64,000 bases of DNA, from assembly GCA_043228905.1 (NCBI GenBank), contig JBHGNT010000014.1, forward strand, positions 11,780,001 to 11,844,000. The letters are read 5' to 3'. Below, one piece after another: positions 1 through 11,892 of the stretch (positions are counted from its first letter, which is position 1; each line of letters begins with the position of its first letter). The translations under genes were made by a program, and so were the position numbers. The stretch is from Azolla caroliniana. Lineage: Eukaryota; Plantae; Polypodiophyta. Under the pieces are notes generated by a model. It was given only the letters and a program-made list of their open reading frames with translations, searched no databases and was not told where the DNA came from.

Positions 1-2188
1 CGAAGGGGTGGCACTTACATCAGATGGATGTAAAAAATGCATTCCTGCAAGGCGATCTTGAGGAATACCTGTACATGGTACAACCCCCTGGATTTCTATC
101 CGAACAGAACATTTCGGTAGTCTGCCGATTGGAGAAGGAGTTATACGGACTTAAACAAGCCCCGCGAGCTTGGAACACGAAGATTACGCAACGGTTGTGT
201 AGAATGGGGTTTACGAAGTTCAAGTCGAACTCTTCATTGTTCACTCGGCAAGGTCAACATGGACCGGTTAGCCTTCCACTGTATGTTGATGATTTAGTCA
301 TCGCCGGTGCCGACATGGAAGAAATCGGCCGCGTCGAGTCTCAACTCGCGACATCTTTCGAAATGAAGGTTCTTGGAGACCTTCATTATTTCCTCGGGAT
401 CAAAGTGATCCTCACCCTCGAAGGCATATTGATCAGTCAGCGTCATTATGCGTTGAATATGCTCTTCAAGTTCGGGATGGTAGATTGTAAGCCCATCTCG
501 ACCCCTCTGGATGGAAACGTAAAGCTTCGCCGAGATTCGGGTAAGGTGTGCAACCCGACACGGTTCCGACAGATTGTCAGAAACCTAATTTACTAGACGA
601 TTACTCGGCCGGATCTCAGCTACCCGGTCGGAATGATCAATCCATTTATGTCGCAACCCATGTCTGAACACCTTCAGTGCATGCAAAGGATATTACAATA
701 TGTTAGCGACACGAAAGACATGGCGTTGTTGTATCGTATAGGCGTAGCCGAACCATTTGTTGGCTACACGGATGCTGATTGGGCCGGAAATGCCCACGAT
801 CGTAGATCCACATCCGGATACGCATTCTCGTTGGGAAGTGCGGCGATGACGTGCTGCAGTAAGAAGCAACCAATAGTAGCATTGTCGAGCACGGAGGCCA
901 AATATCGAGGGGCGTCTGTCGCTACGTGCGAAGTCAGTTGACTGAAATGGCTATTATGGGATCTGCATGTGGAGGTTTCTGATCCGATTATGATCTATTG
1001 AGACAACCTCAGTAGCATCCACCTCGTGAAGAACCCTGTATTCCACGCCCGGACCAAGCACATTGAGGTGCACTACCATTTTGTCTGCGAGCATGTCCTT
1101 TCCGGTGAAGTCGAACTAGCGTATGTTCCGACGGGTCGCAGATTGCTGACATCCTCACCAAGCCCCTTGGTCTTGGCAAGTTACGACATTTCTCAGGTGT
1201 GCTTGGGTTGTGTCACCTCGACACGCCGAACTTGAGGGGGAGACAAGAACATGAGCGTGAAAGGAGCGATAATGACCGCGATGCCGAATTGGATGAAGAA
1301 TTCAATTTCGGGTCAGTTGAAGAAGCCGAAGAAGAAAATAGGGGCTGTAAACACAAGGAAGAGCCAAAGACAGCCGAACAAAAGGGAAATATAGCCAAGA
1401 CAGGCGTAAAGGCCAAGACCAAGATGAGGTCAGATGTTGTCAAGGGCCTGAAAACAGAAGATGAGTTGGAGACAGCCAATTCGGGTGAAAGTGGAATTGA
1501 ATTGGAAGTGACCGATTCAATCGAAATGTTCGATTCGGACATTACAAATCGACTGAGGGCCAAGCGGAGGAAAGGGGTAGCGAAAGAGGTGCCAACACTA
1601 TGACAACAAGGGAGCTAAGAAGGGCCGCATGAGCAGACAAGCTGACTGGAAGGGTTGAAGCACGCGGAATCAAACGGGTTGAGGAGCGCGAGCGAGGCGT
1701 GAAGCCAGGAGAGGCCGGAGCGAAGATCTGGAAAAGCATATGGAACCTAAAGTTGAGCTTGATGGGGAGTGTTGAGAGACAAGGTCAACATTGGGTGCGT
1801 AACCTAGTGCGTAGACTAGGTGCAAAAAACCGTACGCAAAATATGGTTGTAGCGGCGTGTAAACAAACCGAGAGGCCATTAGAATGTTATTCCTCGTAAT
1901 GAATAATTTTGGGAGTAAGTGTAGGATGCTCATCTATGAGCGGTCAAGTACTGTAAGTACTTGTGTCAACCCAATAGTCAGGGCTTGTATAAAAGGTGCT
2001 CACTGAGCACGAAGTATGTATAGAGAACATACAGAGAATTATTTTTGAATATAGTTTCGTTTTTCTGCTGTCTCTGTCTCTGTCTCTCCCTCTCTTTCTC
2101 TGTGATTTTTGCTTTACCGAACTGTCGTACTCCCGAACCATGTACTCTGTGTCTTTCGCATACGCTTCCGCACATGTATTCTTTTACA
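1..2188 (+). mobile_element. Ty1/copia LTR retrotransposon A1, 3' portion (RT C-half, RNase H, charged 3' extension, PPT, 3' LTR); degenerate
   Basis: [36 protein letters not shown] and HARTKHIEVHYHF motifs broken by stops/frameshifts; PPT ~1756-1769; LTR TGTTGAG...TTTTACA 1770-2188 directly followed by gag of another element. Confidence 0.93.
1770..2188 (+). repeat. 3' LTR of A1
   Basis: TG...CA termini, follows PPT, TATA (GTATAAAA ~1987), homologous to 33515-33937 and 56655-57186. Confidence 0.9.
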
Positions 2189-4888
2189 TAAAATGCACCA
2201 GTACCTACTGGGGCATGGATACTAGAACTAGTGGAAGGAGCAAATGAAGCAACGCCGGATTTGACACACAAGGCCTTCTCGGTTTGGGAGCAAGGAGTGA
2301 GCAGGGTGTTGTACTGCCTCACGTCTTGTGTGCACAACCATATGCTTGGTTACATCAGAGATGCAAAGTCACTGAAGGAGGCCCGGGAAAATCTCAGGAA
2401 GCTTTTCGCCGCAAGTACCACGGCTCGGAAGTTGCTGCTCCGATAAGGGCTCAACAATATCCGGCAACAAGACATGTCGGTTACTGACTACACCACCAAG
2501 ATCAAGGAGATCTGTGACGCACTCGGTTCCATCAATGTGACGGTGGATGAGGATGAGATGGTCCAGATCTGCCTCTGTGGTCTTGCACAAACGTACGGGC
2601 CAATCCGGACGGCAATTTGCACCCGGGAGAAGCCACCATCCTTCGACCTGCAATCGATGCTCATGGTTGAAGAAAACCACTCGAGTGGGTCAAGGACCAC
2701 TCAATCGGACAACCGGATGCTGTACACGGAGGAGGATCAACATGCAATAGCGGCGGTCGACAAGAACAGAACTGGAGGCATAGAGATAGTGTCGACAATA
2801 GTTCTAGACCCTCCACAAGCAAGGGGAGTCAAGGTGGTGCCATAAACCGGCAAGGGAAAACAGACACAGAATGTTGGTACTGTGACAAGAAAGGCCACCG
2901 GGAAAGCGAGTGCTTGAAGAAGCGCGCCGATCTGGATCAAGCAAGACTAGACAAGGGAACCGACAAAGCTCGCACTACGTAGAAAGATCGGATGGATCTA
3001 GAACTGGTAAGACCGGAATAGGGCCAGCCTTTGTGATGAAGCACAAGGTGAACTCGATGAAGAAGACCACTTTCGAATCGGAGGAAGTGTGGTATGTTGA
3101 CTCTGGATCATCAAACCACATGACGAGCCATGAAGAGTGGTTCTCGTTTTTGGAAAAGCTGGAGAAACTAGGAATTGTCGAAACCGGAGACGACACTCAC
3201 TCGATTGTGCATGTCGGTGAAGTCCCTTTAAGCCATGTTAGACAAAAGGGAAAACCGATGAACGTACTACATGTTCAGACAATCACAAAGAACCTAGTGT
3301 CGGTCGGGCAGATCGTCGACTAGGGCATGCAGGTGCGGTTTACGCACCTCGGGTGCTTCATCGAGGAAGAAGGCCGAATAATTGCGCAAGGGTGTAGGGA
3401 CATGAGGATGTTTATCCTCAACACCAACGACTTTGGCACCGCTATGTTTGCAAAAGGATAGAAGGTCAAATCGGATATCAACTTGTGGCACAAGCGGATC
3501 AACCATGTCAACTATCAGAGGCTTCAAGACCTGCAATCGAAACAACTTGTTTTTGGATTGCTGAAATTCAGTGGCCGGAAGGCCTAAACGTGTGAAGCCT
3601 GCCAGCTCGGGAAGCAACACCGGTTTCCGTTCCCAACCGAAAGAAACTAGAGCCGTAACAAGCTCGATCTAATACATTCGGATGTATGGGGACCGACACA
3701 AAATGTTAGTCTTGGCGGGAGCCGATAATTCATCTCCTTCATCGACAACTACAATCGACACACATGGATCTACCTAATCAAAAGGAAAAGAGAAGTTTTC
3801 GATTGTTTCCAAAACTTGCAAAGTCTTGTAGAATGGGAAACGGAGATGAAGATCAAGTGCCTGCGGTCGGATGGCAGAAAAGAATATTTTTTTGGCCAAT
3901 TCAACAGTTACCTGCAACAAATGGGAATTCGGAGAGAATTCAGTTGCAGATACACACCGGAACAAAATGGTGTGGCCGAAAGGAAGAACCGGTTAATTGT
4001 GGAGGCGGCACGGGCAATGCTAGAAGAGAAGAGCATGCCCAAGTTCCACTAGGCCGAAGCGGCCCGAATGACCATCTACATCCAAAAATGGATCGCGGAT
4101 AAGGTGTTAGCGCATGAACTATATTTCGGGTGGAAGAAGAATTTAAGGAACCTTAAGATATTCGGTAGCATTGCATATGTGCATGTGCCGAATGAGAAGC
4201 AGATAAAGCTAGACCCGAAGTTGGAGAAGTGCATCTTTGTCGGGTACTCACATGACCAAAAGGGTTATAAGTGCTATAACGCTTGAACAAAACAAGTTCG
4301 AGTAAGCCGAGATGTCGAGTTCGATGAATCGGCATCATGGTACTCTCTACCAACTCCGACCCGATTCCGGAAGATAAAGCCAGTGAGCCCGAAATGATCT
4401 GGGCAGTAGATGAAAGAGGATTCAATACTCTAGATGAGAGTCCGATCTCATTTCGGCTAAGTGGGCTCCATGAACAACCTAGTCGGAATGACCAGTCCGA
4501 TGACAAGCCAACGAGTAGTGGAGACTGGGCCCTGTTCTCCCCGCGTAAGGAACTGAGGAGACGGTTCATGCACAGAGAAAAGGGGAAGAAGAAGATGTTG
4601 GAATACGCCACCGGCAGAGAACCAGTCGGATCGGAGCGAATCCGACTCCGGAGAGAACGAAGACAGACCTTCGGGAGCGAAGTCTGAGCTGGCCACGAGG
4701 GCCTTGAAATTGGCTAACGAGAAGTTACGCTGATCCACCCACTAGGAGAACCCCGTGAAAAGGTACGGGTATAATGAGTACCTGGCACATCATTATGCAT
4801 ACTTTACGAAAGAGGTGGCAGTGCATGAGCCGAAGAACTATGCAGAAGCAGCGAAGGATGCAAATTGGCGTGCCGCTATAGAGGAAGA

Positions 4889-5430
4889 TGTTGGGAATAT
4901 GTCCCTCCAGTGGGAGGAAGATCTGACCGTCAAGAAAGCCGACTGTCGAGGAGCCGAGTTGATGAGGGACTCCTCGACTGTCGAGGAGTCGAGAAACCGG
5001 AATTGTGCAAATAGCCAACTCGAGAGACTATATTTGTAAATAGTCTATGGGTGCACCCCATGAGGGTTATGTATGTAAATAGCCAGAAAAGTTGTGTAAG
5101 TATATATGTAACTAGGGCAAACTATGACTGGTGTAAGAATTGGGTGCAAAGTGTGAGAGAAGCGTGAGCCGCGCCATAGCTGTGTGTGTAACAACAGACG
5201 GGAAGAGCCCTGTGTGGCTGATACACTCGATAGAGTGTTGTAATCTTCTCGGTGTTGTATATCCACTATTTGTATAGTGAAGATTCTATTCCCGTGGTTT
5301 TCCCCGTTTTAGGGTTTCCACGTAAATCTGTGCATATCTGTTTATCTTGTCTTTCTGCCATTTCTGTGAATCGTATTTCAGCGCGTAGTTCGTTTTATTA
5401 CATGATCTATTCCGCAACGATTACTCTACA
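4889..5430 (+). repeat. 5' LTR of element B
   Basis: Direct repeat of 8667-9206, TG..CA ends, followed by PBS. Confidence 0.93.
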
Positions 5431-5855
5431 AACTGGTATCAGAGCTTGAGGTGCAAGCATGGAAGGAGGTGTTAGCGGTTTCCCACAGGTATGATAGTTC
5501 TGAAGTCACAGACCTATGCAGACTGGAAGATAAAGATGGAAGACCTTCTCATAGTTAAAGACCTGTACGAGCCAGTCGACAGAGCAGAAATACCCAGGGG
5601 GGTATTGGAGTCGGATTGGAAGCTCCTAAATAGAAAGGCAATGGCCACTATTCGACAATGCGTCGATGTAAGTGTCCTTTAGCATGTGGCGAATGACACG
5701 AATGCCCATGAGATGTGTTAGAAGCTGTCGGGTATGTACGAGAGGAAGAACGCGCTAAACAGAACCTCGCTAATGAGAAAAATCGTACGGTTGAAATATA
5801 GGGACGGTGAGAGTATCGTCGAACACATCAACACGTTTATGGGGTATGTAAATCA

Positions 5856-6545
5856 ACTTGCTGCGACCAAGTTTCCCTGGATGACGCGATGCAGGCCATC
5901 TTGCTGATGTGCACACTGCCGGAAAGCTGGGAGAACCTGGTGGTTACTCTCAGCACCTCCTGTCAAGAAGAGAACTTGTCTTTATAGATGGTGAAGACAA
6001 GCATCGTAAATGAGGAGGCAAGGAGAAAAGACAAAGGAGTCTTGTCCTAAACGGAATCAAATCTGACTCAACATATGGACAGAGGAAGGGACCGATGAAG
6101 AAGAAGTCCGCAACGAACGGACAAATCCCACGCCAGATCGAAGTCTAGAGTTAAGCGTGTGTGCTTTTATTGTGGAAAACCTGGACACTTCTAGAAGGAC
6201 TTGCTGCAACCAAGTTTCCCTTGGATGACGCGATGCAAGCCATCTTGTTGATGTGCACACTGCCGAAAAGCTGGGAGAACCTGGTGGTTACTCTCAGCAC
6301 CTCCTGTCAAGAAGAGAACTTGTCTTTATAGATGGTGAAGACAAGCATCGTAAATGAGGAGGCAAGGAGAAAAGCCAAAGGAGTCCTGTCCCAAACAGCA
6401 TCGAATCTGACTCAACATATGGATAGAGGAAGGGACCGATGAAGAAGAAGTCCGCAGCGAACGGACAAATCCCACGCCAGATCGAAGTCCAGAGGTAAGC
6501 CTGTGTGCTTTTATTGTGGAAAACCTAGACACTTCCAGAAGGACT
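5856..6545 (+). repeat. Tandem duplication (~343 bp x2) within gag of B
   Basis: ACTTGCTGC(G/A)ACCAAGTTTCCC starts at 5856 and 6199; both copies end in AGAAGGACT. Confidence 0.9.
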
Positions 6546-8666
6546 GCCGACACATGAGAAAAGACAAGAGTGTCAGAAATAATGTCGAACCCCAGAAAAT
6601 TCCGGATGAAAAGAACACTTCGGCCATTGCTACGAGCAATGAGGAACTCATGTTCATATGTGAACAGACAAGTGCAAACCTTGCAAGCGAAGAGTGCACT
6701 TGGGTGATTGATTCCGGCGCATCCTTTCATATTACTCCGTCGAGAGAGTATTTCTCGACTTACATAGCCGGGGATCATGGCTATGTAAAGATGGGTGATA
6801 GTGGAGAGTGCAAGATAACCGGAGTCGGAAGTGTGTGCTTAACAACGTCGACAGGGTGTCGACTAACGTTGAAGGATGTTCGACACGTCCCCGATATAAG
6901 ATTGAATCTGATATCAACTGGAAGGCTTGATGACGAAGGCTACAATGGTAGCTTTCGAAATGGTAAGTGGAAGTTTTGCCGAGGAAATCTCATAGTGGCC
7001 CAACACAGAAAGAAGGCACATTGTACATGATGCATGCCCGACTATGCAAATCGGAAGTAAATGTGGCAGCTAACTCGGTAGGGGAAATATGGCATAAAAG
7101 GCTAGGCCACATGAGTGAAAAGGGAATGCACTTGCTAGCCGACCAGAAACTTCTACCAGAAGTCAAGGGTGTGCACCTGGAGAGGTGTGTCGACAGCTTA
7201 GCCGGAAAGCAGAACAAGACTACATTCCACACGAGACCACCGAGGAGAAGAGATGTCACACTAGAACTAGTGCACACGGATGTGTGCTATGTGGATGCTC
7301 CATCGCATAGAGGAGGACAGTACTTTGTAACGTTTATTGACGACTACAGTCGGAAAACATGGGCCTTCGTATTGAAGTCGAAGGACCAAGTACTGTCAGT
7401 TTTCAAGGATTTCCAGGCAAGAACCGAAAGAGAGTCGGGTCAGAAACTTATGGTTGTCCGAACCAACAATGGTGGCGAGTACAAAGGGAAGTTCGAGGAA
7501 TACTGCAAGTGCCAAGGTATTCGGATCGAATACACAGTGCCAAAGACCCTAGAATTGAACAGGCTTGTAGAGAGGATGAATCTAACAATCATGGAGAGAG
7601 TAAGGAACATGCTCTCTCATGTGAAACTGCCGAAATCCTATTGGGCTGAGGCGTTGTACACAACTGTTTATCTGATCAACAGGTCTCCCTCAGTACCTCT
7701 AAAGGGGGATGTCCCACAGAGAGTGTGGACAGGGAAGGATGTCTTTTACCAACACTTGAGGGTATTCGGATGTTTGTCATATATGCATGTACCAAAGGAT
7801 CAGAGGTCAAAGCTCGACAGCAAGTCGAAAGCATGCATATTCATGGGATACTCGGAAGATGAATTCGGCTACAGGTTGTGAGAAGGCACCGATTACATAT
7901 GCCAGTCAATAAATCCTCTTGACTGATGACGGTGAACCGGAGTGCTATGAAGAAGCCATTGCCGACGAGAGCAGAGAAAAATGGCCGAACACGATGCAAG
8001 AGGAGATGGAATCCTTGCACGCGAATTACACCTACGACCTAGTGGAGCTGCCGAAAGGTAAGAGAGCACTCAGGAATAAATGGGTCTACAAGGTGAAGAC
8101 TGGAGAAGTTGACAACGAGCCCAGGTATAAAGCCCGCATAATGGTGAAGGGTTTTCAACAGAGGAAGGGCGTCGACTTTGACGAAATATTCGCACTAGTC
8201 GTGAAGATGACATCGATTCGAACTGTTCTAAGCATAGCGACCAACATGGATCTGGAGATCGAATAGTTGGATGTCAAAACCACATTTCTGCACGGGGAGC
8301 TAGAAGAAGAAATCTACATGCTGCAACCCGAAGGCTTTGAGGAAAAAGAGAAAGAGAATCTGGTGTGTTGATTGAGGAAAAGCTTGTATGGTTTGAAACA
8401 AGCTCCACACTAATGGTACAAGAAATTCGAGTCCTTCATGATGGAACATCGGTTCCAGAAAACACATGCCGATCACTGTGTGTTCGTCAAAAGGTATCAT
8501 TGGTTACGGGAGAGAATCAAAGAAGGAGAATTTGCTCTTGAGAAGATCCATACTGACGACAATGGATCCAACATGCTGACGAAGAACCTACCTTTGGACA
8601 GACTCAGAGTCTGTTGACAAAATACAGGACTGGCAGATTTCCTCCCACAGGAGTGAAGGGGGAGTT

Positions 8667-9206
8667 TGTTGGGAATATGTCCCTCCAGTGGGAGGAAGAT
8701 CTGACTGTCAGGAAAGCCAACTGTCGAGGAGCCGAGTTGATGAGGGACTCCTCGACCGTCGAGGAGTCGAGAAATCGGAATCGTGCAAATAGCCAACTCA
8801 AGAGACTATATTTGTAAATAGTCTATAGGTGCACCCCATGAGGGTTACATATGTAAATAGCCAGAAAAGTTGCGTAAGTATATATGTAACTAGGGCAAAC
8901 TATGACTGGTGTAAGAACTGGGTGCAGAGTGTGAGAGAAGCGTGAGCCGCGCCATAGCCGTGTGTGTAACAACAAACGCGAAGAGCCTTGTGCGACTGAT
9001 ACACTCGACAGAGTGTTGTAATCTTCTCGGTGTTGTATATCCACTATTTGTATAGTGAAGATTCTGTTCCCGTGGTTTTCCCCGTTTTAGGGTTTCCACG
9101 TAAATCTGTGCATATCTGTTTATCTTGTCTTTCTGCCATTTCTATGAATCATATTTCAGTGCGTAGTTCATTTTATTGTGATCTATTCCGCAACGATTAC
9201 TTTACA
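8667..9206 (+). repeat. 3' LTR of element B
   Basis: Follows PPT; direct repeat of 4889-5430. Confidence 0.93.
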
Positions 9207-11238
9207 AAAGAGACACATGCACTCACGGAAAATGAGACGTGGGATTTAGTGGACGTACCGAAAGGAGTGAAGCTGATCGGTTGCCGGTGGGTATACAAGG
9301 TTAAATACAACACCGACAACTCCGTCAATAGATACAAGGTCCGGTTAGTGGCCAAGGGCTACGCGCAGTAGCATGACATCGATTATGATGAGACGTTCGC
9401 GCCGGTCGCAAAGATGACGACCGTCCATGTCTTGTTTGCGGTGGTAGCGGCAAAGGGGTCACATCTACATCAGATGGATGTGAAAAATGCGTTCTTGCAA
9501 GGTGAGAGGAACATGTGTTTATGGTTCAGCCCCCTGGATTTCAGTCTGGAGTGAATACATCGGTGGTGTGCCGATTGAAGAAGTCCCTCTACGGACTCAA
9601 GCAAGCCCCACGCTCTTGGAATGCGAAGATCACGCAAAGACTACGTCGGATGGGGTTTGCTCCATCGAAATCAGACTCTTCACTTTTCATCTAGCAAGGT
9701 CAGAACGAACCAGCATATTGCTCTATGTGGATGATCTTGTTATCGCCGGTGCCAACCTAGACGAAATTAGCCACGTCAAATCCCAGCTCGCGACATCATT
9801 TGAGAGGAAGGATCTAGGAGACCTTCACTACTTCCTTGGGATCGACGTGATTCATATCCCCGAAGGCATACTGATTAGCCATCGTCATTATGTGTTGAGT
9901 ATGCTCTCAAATTCGGTATGAAGGAATGCAAATCTGTTTGGACTCCTCTGGACCCAAATGTGAAGCTTCGCCCCGACTCCGGAATGGCATGCGACCCGAA
10001 AAGGTTTCGACAAATAGTCGGAAGCCTATTTGACCATCACCCGGCCTGACTTCAACTATCCAGTCGGATTGATTAGTCAATTCATGGCACATCCGACTAT
10101 GGAACATCTTCAATGCGCACACCAAATACTCAAGTATGTTAGCGACACTAGGACAGGGGGTTGCTGTATCGGACCGGTGTAGCGAGACAACTTGTCGGCT
10201 ACACAGATGCCGATTGGGCCGGAAATGCCGGTGACCGTGGGTCTACATCCGGATCTGTGCTCGCCTAGAGCAGTAAAAAGCAGCCGACAGCTGCATTGTC
10301 GAGCACGACTGTCGCGACATGCGAAGCCAAATGGCTTAAGAGGCTCTTGAATGATCTGTGAATGGAGATGTCTGATCCAACGACGATCTATTGAGACAAC
10401 CTCAGTAGCATCTAGTTGGCAAAGAACCCCATTTTCCATGCCTAGACAAAGCACATCGAGGTGCACTATCATTTTGTCAGAGAACGCATTCTCTCCGGTG
10501 AAGTGGAACTGTTTTATGTTCCAACGGATCGACAAGTGGCCGATATCTTCACCAAACCCCTGGGCTATGACAAGTTGCGGAAATTTTCTGGTGCATTGGG
10601 TGTATAGTACCTCGATATGCTGAACTTGAGGGGGAGGAATGAGGAAGAAGACCGGAAAGTCGAGTCGGAAACGGATTTCGACTTTGGCCTGATTGAAGAA
10701 GTCGGAGTTCACGGGACAAGTGAAGAAACTGAGGCCAGATGTAGGGGGAGCTAGTGGAATAGAGAGCGCCGGAGCCAACCGAAGAAGGGGGAGGCAAAGC
10801 TGGAAAGAACAAGACATGGACATGGTCTGATGTCGTGAAGGGTCTGAAGATTGAGGACGACTTGGAGAGAACCAACTCGGACAAGAGCTGGAATGAATCG
10901 GAGGCACCCGGTTCAGAAGAGGAGTTTGATTTGGAAGAGCCGAATCAACAGAAGGCCAAATGGACGAGGAGGTAGCGGAAGTCGACACCGACATAGAGGA
11001 ACTGACGGGTCGAGACACGCCGAAGTTACAACAACAAAGGAGCTAAGAAGGGCCTTATGAGCAGACAAGCCGACAAGAAGGTCGAGGTGCGCATGACCGG
11101 ACAGGTCATGGGAAGCGGAACTGGATGGGTCGAGGAGCGCGAGCCAGGTGGGAAGACGCCAGGTGGAGCCGAAGAAGAGGACCCACAAACATAGACACAA
11201 ACACTGGCATCCGACCTCAAGGTGAGCTTGAGGGGGAG

Positions 11239-11603
11239 TGTTGAACGGACAAGCTCAACTGGATCCAGATCGGGGAGCTGGATTGGATTGTAACTGGTAG
11301 ACTATTAGAGGCCTACGAATTTAGCCTACTATATAGGCATATTTTTGGGAGTTAGTGTTAGTCGCTCGTATGAGCATTGAAGTACCTGTCAGTACCTTTG
11401 TCAGTCCTTTTAAGGACTTGTATAAAAAGTGTTATGTAGGACATTTGTAAAAATACAGAGTGTTATTATTTTGAATTGTGTTCATGCTTTTTTCTCTCTC
11501 TATCTCTCCTGTGTATCCTAAGCTTCCATTAAACCTTTCTCTATTTTTCTGTTAATGACCGGATAAACCGGTTTGTCAAAGCTTCCGCATATTAACTTTG
11601 ACG
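11239..11603 (+). repeat. 3' LTR of A2
   Basis: Follows GAGCTTGAGGGGGAG; related to the minus-strand LTR 25288-25764; terminal CA appears mutated to CG. Confidence 0.8.
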
Positions 11604-11752
11604 AGTTCACTATTATTTAGTGATTGATGATGAGCCGTGGAAACCATTGACGATACATCAATATTCCATGTGAACGGATTTTGGAGTGGCCAATATCCAA
11701 TAATGTAATGGTCTAAAATCTTATGTTGATGGCCGAAGAAGAAATTCTACCA

Positions 11753-11892
11753 TGTAAATAACTAGCTAGAGTAATTATGAGGCGGAATAGATTAGATGTG
11801 TGTTTATGAGAGAAGAGAAGAGACACAAGATAGAAGATAAAGGACTCAAATGTATATTAACAATGAATAAGGAAATACACTAGAAAAACAAC
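11753..11892 (-). repeat. Remnant of an older LTR (U5 end) that continues at ~17506-17571 on the far side of A3
   Basis: TACCA|TGTAAA..GCGGAA..GAGAGAAGAG layout resembles the PBS/LTR end at 42792-42920; split by A3. Confidence 0.4.

Larger units (their letters stand above)
4889..9206 (+). mobile_element. Tnt1/Tork-like Ty1/copia element B with both LTRs, internally deleted (non-autonomous)
   Basis: LTRs 4889-5430 and 8667-9206; PBS TGGTATCAGAGC 5434-5445 (tRNA-iMet); PPT GAAGGGGGAG 8655-8664; TSD GAAGA/AAAGA; WVIDSGASFH, WHKRLGHMSEKG and LELVHTDVC motifs. Confidence 0.93.
2189..11603 (+). mobile_element. Ty1/copia element A2 (gag-PR-INT-RT-RH pseudogene plus 3' LTR 11239-11603), interrupted by element B; 5' end separated by the A1 insertion
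   Basis: KMHQYLLG gag start, zinc knuckle, WYVDSGSSNHMT protease, integrase core (LIHSDVWGP, YTPEQNGVAERKN); RT resumes at 9212 (EEE|THALTENETW); PPT 11225-11238. Confidence 0.9.

Noticed and set aside
10110-11018. 302-aa antisense ORF (also 16328-17134 and 18029-18715)
   Set aside because: Shadow frames of RNase H and the purine-rich tail; starts and ends are inconsistent between copies and no domain is recognisable
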